From contig NC_058383.1 in NCBI RefSeq assembly GCF_018350175.1, forward strand, positions 14,572,001-14,636,000: a stretch of 64,000 bases of DNA, written 5' to 3'. Of the stretch, positions 61,021 to 64,000 are shown one piece after another. The notes under the pieces were generated by a model that had not been told where the DNA came from, did no database searches, and saw only the letters and a program-made list of their open reading frames with translations. A program made the position numbers and the translations under genes. How positions within the stretch are numbered: the stretch's first letter is position 1; the number at the start of each line of letters is the position of its first letter. This DNA comes from Felis catus. Its lineage: Eukaryota.

Positions 61021-61509
61021 TGAAGTCCACATGCTGGGTGGACAGGACCGGTGGGAACCCAGGAGAGAGTCACAAAGCTCTGTCAAGACCTCGCACAGGC
61101 AGGGCGTCCCCGCCCCCACATCCTGCGGCACCAGGGGTCTGCCCTTGGGTCCTGGGATTGTATTCTTTTCATCCTTTTGTTGGGCTACGTCTTGCAACAG
61201 CATTTTTATAAGGCCCTTAAGAAACCATTGGTAGGTCTGCATCAGTTGGGAAAGTAATATGGACCAGAGACAGAGAGATGGAAATCACCAGAAAGTAAAG
61301 TTTTGGTCAAGTGTGCCGAGGCAGAACAGATTTCTCTTCCAGGCATTGCTTCCTACACCAGAACTTCTTTTCCTTCTTTGAGTCTGCACCACCCCCTCCC
61401 CTCCCCGTCTGTCTGTGCATCCGTGATCTTTGCACACAGTTTACCACTTAGCGTGTGAAAGAAATCTGTGCCCTGGAGGCAGCTGGGAAGCTGTGTACAG
61501 CAGAGCTAC

Positions 61510-61715
61510 TCACTGGACCAGTGGCAACAGCACCATCTGGGAGTTTGATGTAAATGTAAATTCTTGGGTCCCACCGCAGAATTCCTGAATCAAAATCTCT
61601 GGGGGTGAAGGCCAGGAATTTATGAATAAATAAGTTCTTCGGGTGATTAGGGAATTGCTAGGCCCCACCCCCAGAATTTTTGATTCAGTAGGACTAGGTG
61701 GGGCCAAAAAATTTG
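61510..61715. mobile_element. MER5-type fragments
   Basis: cagcaccatctgggagttt...cctgaatcaaaatctctggggg; ggccccacccccagaatttttgattcagtagg. Confidence 0.65.
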
Positions 61716-61743
61716 ATAGAGTTTGAGTTGTTGGGGACCTGAC

Positions 61744-61789
<46 letters not shown>

Positions 61790-61857
61790 GGGACATAGGG
61801 TGGGGGGTATCAGGGAAGATGGTTCTTCAGATTCAGACGTTAAGAAACCCAATGCCA

Positions 61858-62078
61858 GGGGGCACCTGGGTGGCTCAGTCGGTTGAGTGTTTGACTCTTG
61901 ATTTTGGCTCAGGTCATGATCTCATGGTTGCGAGGTCGAGCCCCACTTCTGTACTGACAGCATGGAGCCTGCTTGGGATTCTCTCTCTCTCCTTCTCTCT
62001 CTCTCTCTCTCTGCCCCTCACCTACTCACGCTCTCTCCTTCTCTCTCAAAACAAATAAATAAACTTAAAACAAAAAGA
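61858..62078 (+). mobile_element. Can-SINE
   Basis: TSD aagaaacccaatgccag. Confidence 0.9.
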
Positions 62079-62649
62079 AAGAAACCCAATGCCAGAAGAA
62101 CAGCAGAACATTTTCAGATTACCTTCCATTTTGAAAAGAGGTCCTTCTGCTGGACATCATACTCTACCTTTGCAAACCTCCAGCTGAGGGAAAGTGGTTT
62201 TTCTTTGGATCGGATCGGATTATGGCATGGAGAGAGGAGGTGTGTGTGCGGGCGCGGGGGAAAGAAATGCAATTTCCCTTCACATTGCTTGCAATTTCTC
62301 TGTACGAAAGAAGAATGGCAAGAGAAAAAGGTCAAGGTAGGGTCCACATGCCGTTCAAGAACCTAAAAATCATTCAATTTCAAGTACGTCTTCCCCTTGA
62401 CATTCGGGGGCTCCTCTGAAATCCCTGGAAATCACAGGGAAGGAGCGGGAAGCCGGGGATGTTTCCAAAGACAAATGGAGCTTTCTCTAAGAGAAGGGGT
62501 GTCGGGGGCTTGTCAGGGGGCCTCTGTAAATTACATCAGGAGGGTTTCTCCAGCAAGCCACGTTTCACAGAGACCCAGGGCCCCGTGACGCAGCTCTGCC
62601 CCCACCCCCAACACTTGTTGATTATTTCTGCACTCTTAGGTGCTGTCTT

Positions 62650-62865
62650 TTTTTGTTTTAATGTTTTTATTTATTTTTGAGAGAGGGAGAGAGAGAGAGC
62701 AGGAGCGGGGGAGGGGCAGAGAGAGAGGGAGACCCAGAATCCGAAGCAGGTTCCAGGCTCCGAGCTGGCAGCACAGAGCCTGACGCGGGGCTCGAACTCA
62801 CGAACCATGAGATCGTGACCTGAGCCAAAGTCGGACGCTCAACCGACTGAGCCACCCGGGTGCCC
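62650..62865 (-). mobile_element. Can-SINE
   Basis: TSD tctt(a/g)ggtgctgtctt. Confidence 0.95.
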
Positions 62866-63639
62866 CTCTTGGGTGCTGTCTTGTTATCTTTAATCCTGGA
62901 TCCCCTGGGCTTTTGCTTCCCTTGGGTGATTGAAAGTATTTTTGGTTCCGTTCTCAACTTGCTGATCATGTCTGGGTCTTAGAATCTTACAAATTCTTAC
63001 CCAGAGGAAGAAGATTTCTTTGGTGCCAAGATGCCCCTGTCCCAGGACTGGGCAAATATATATAAAAAAAAAAAGTGCCAGCCCTCCCTCGGTAAGGAAA
63101 AAAGGAGGTGGCGTTTAAGAAGGAAAGAGCCAGGGCTGAAAATAGGAGGATGGGAAAGTGGCGTATCTGGTACTTTCTAAGGGCTGGCTAATTTATTCTG
63201 GGAAGTTCCTCAGCATAAACATGCTTCTGAAGGCAGTCATCTACTTTCCTTCCTGGGGGCTAGCGAAGGCCGAGAAAAATTGTGTGATTACGCTGAGGGA
63301 GAAATTTTTGGCTGAAGCCCTTCTTTGTGAAGGACACTCAGAAAACAAGGTTACAGGCGACAGGATTATCCCGCAGGAGAGCGGCTGCACCTTTGATCTG
63401 AAAATCCTTCAAAGCAGTAGGAGGGGAGAGATAAGGCAGGAGGAAAGGCCTGGAGACCTAATAGGGTGTACTTGAGGCCGTGCAAATCCCAGTCTAGACC
63501 AAAGTCCTATAAGCGGGGTGGCACTCCCAGCTTGCTCCTCTCGGTGGCCCTGAAACATCATCATTTCAGCCTCTGTGCCTCCACGAGAATCCTGTGACAT
63601 CCAGTTCTCACGTTGTCATAAATCGTGTGGCAGAGTAAA

Positions 63640-63820
63640 AAAAGTCATGATTTCGGAGCCAGACCCAAGTCTAAATCATAGCTATTCCACCTCTCGGCTG
63701 TGTGACCTTGGGCAAGCAAAACTTCCTCCGGCCTCAGTTTCCTCATCTATAAAATGGGAGTAGTAAAAACTGCCTTGTTGTGAAGACTGAGGATATATGA
63801 AGGTACTAGGGCATGTTTGT
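63640..63820 (+). mobile_element. MIR fragment
   Basis: gctgtgtgaccttgggcaag...gcctcagtttcctcatctataaaatggg. Confidence 0.8.
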
Positions 63821-63860
63821 GCCCACGGAGTGCCAATTCTCTTTTGTAAACCTTTAAAAA

Positions 63861-64000
63861 CTTTTTTAATGTTTATTTTTTGCGAGAGGGGGGAGGGGGA
63901 GAAAAATGTAGGGGGGGGAGGGGCCGAGAAAGGGAGACAGAGAATCCCAAGTGGGCTCCACGCTGACAGCAGAGAGCCGGATGCGGGGCTTGAACTCACG
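63861..64000 (-). mobile_element. Can-SINE, cut by the window end
   Basis: T tail and antisense body. Confidence 0.9.

Larger units (their letters stand above)
60052..64000 (-). other. CALN1: 3' part of the last CALN1 intron, including a C-rich polypyrimidine tract (60054-60145)
   Basis: Lies upstream of the acceptor AG; contains SINEs, MER5 and MIR; no further recognisable calneuron coding sequence. Confidence 0.85.

Overview
Mammalian (felid, most likely domestic cat) genomic DNA, identified by about 36 carnivore tRNA-derived Can-SINEs, several of the young felid SINEC_Fc type. The only protein-coding sequence I can support is the terminal coding exon of CALN1 (calneuron-1/CaBP8) on the minus strand (60051->59924). 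It encodes the C-terminal tail-anchor helix and is followed by an apparently ~7.2 kb, SINE-free 3'UTR ending near an AATAAA at 52714-52719. Positions ~1-52.6 kb are intergenic; in human this interval separates GALNT17 and CALN1, but no GALNT17 exon is recognisable here. That stretch is dominated by nested L1s, Can-SINEs, MaLR/ERV1 LTRs, hAT/Tigger fossils, MIR/L2 fragments and simple repeats. I see no evidence of a new multi-gene system, and almost all track ORFs are repeat- or GC-derived noise. The best leads are regulatory or structural: a divergent CTCF pair with an orphan CpG island, alternative polyadenylation and G4/RFX motifs in the CALN1 UTR, an in-frame intronic ATG upstream of the CALN1 tail-anchor exon, two L1s with short 3' transductions, and a slippage-made nuclear-receptor DR2 cluster. 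Repeat family names come from recalled consensus sequences. Boundaries without a stated TSD are approximate.
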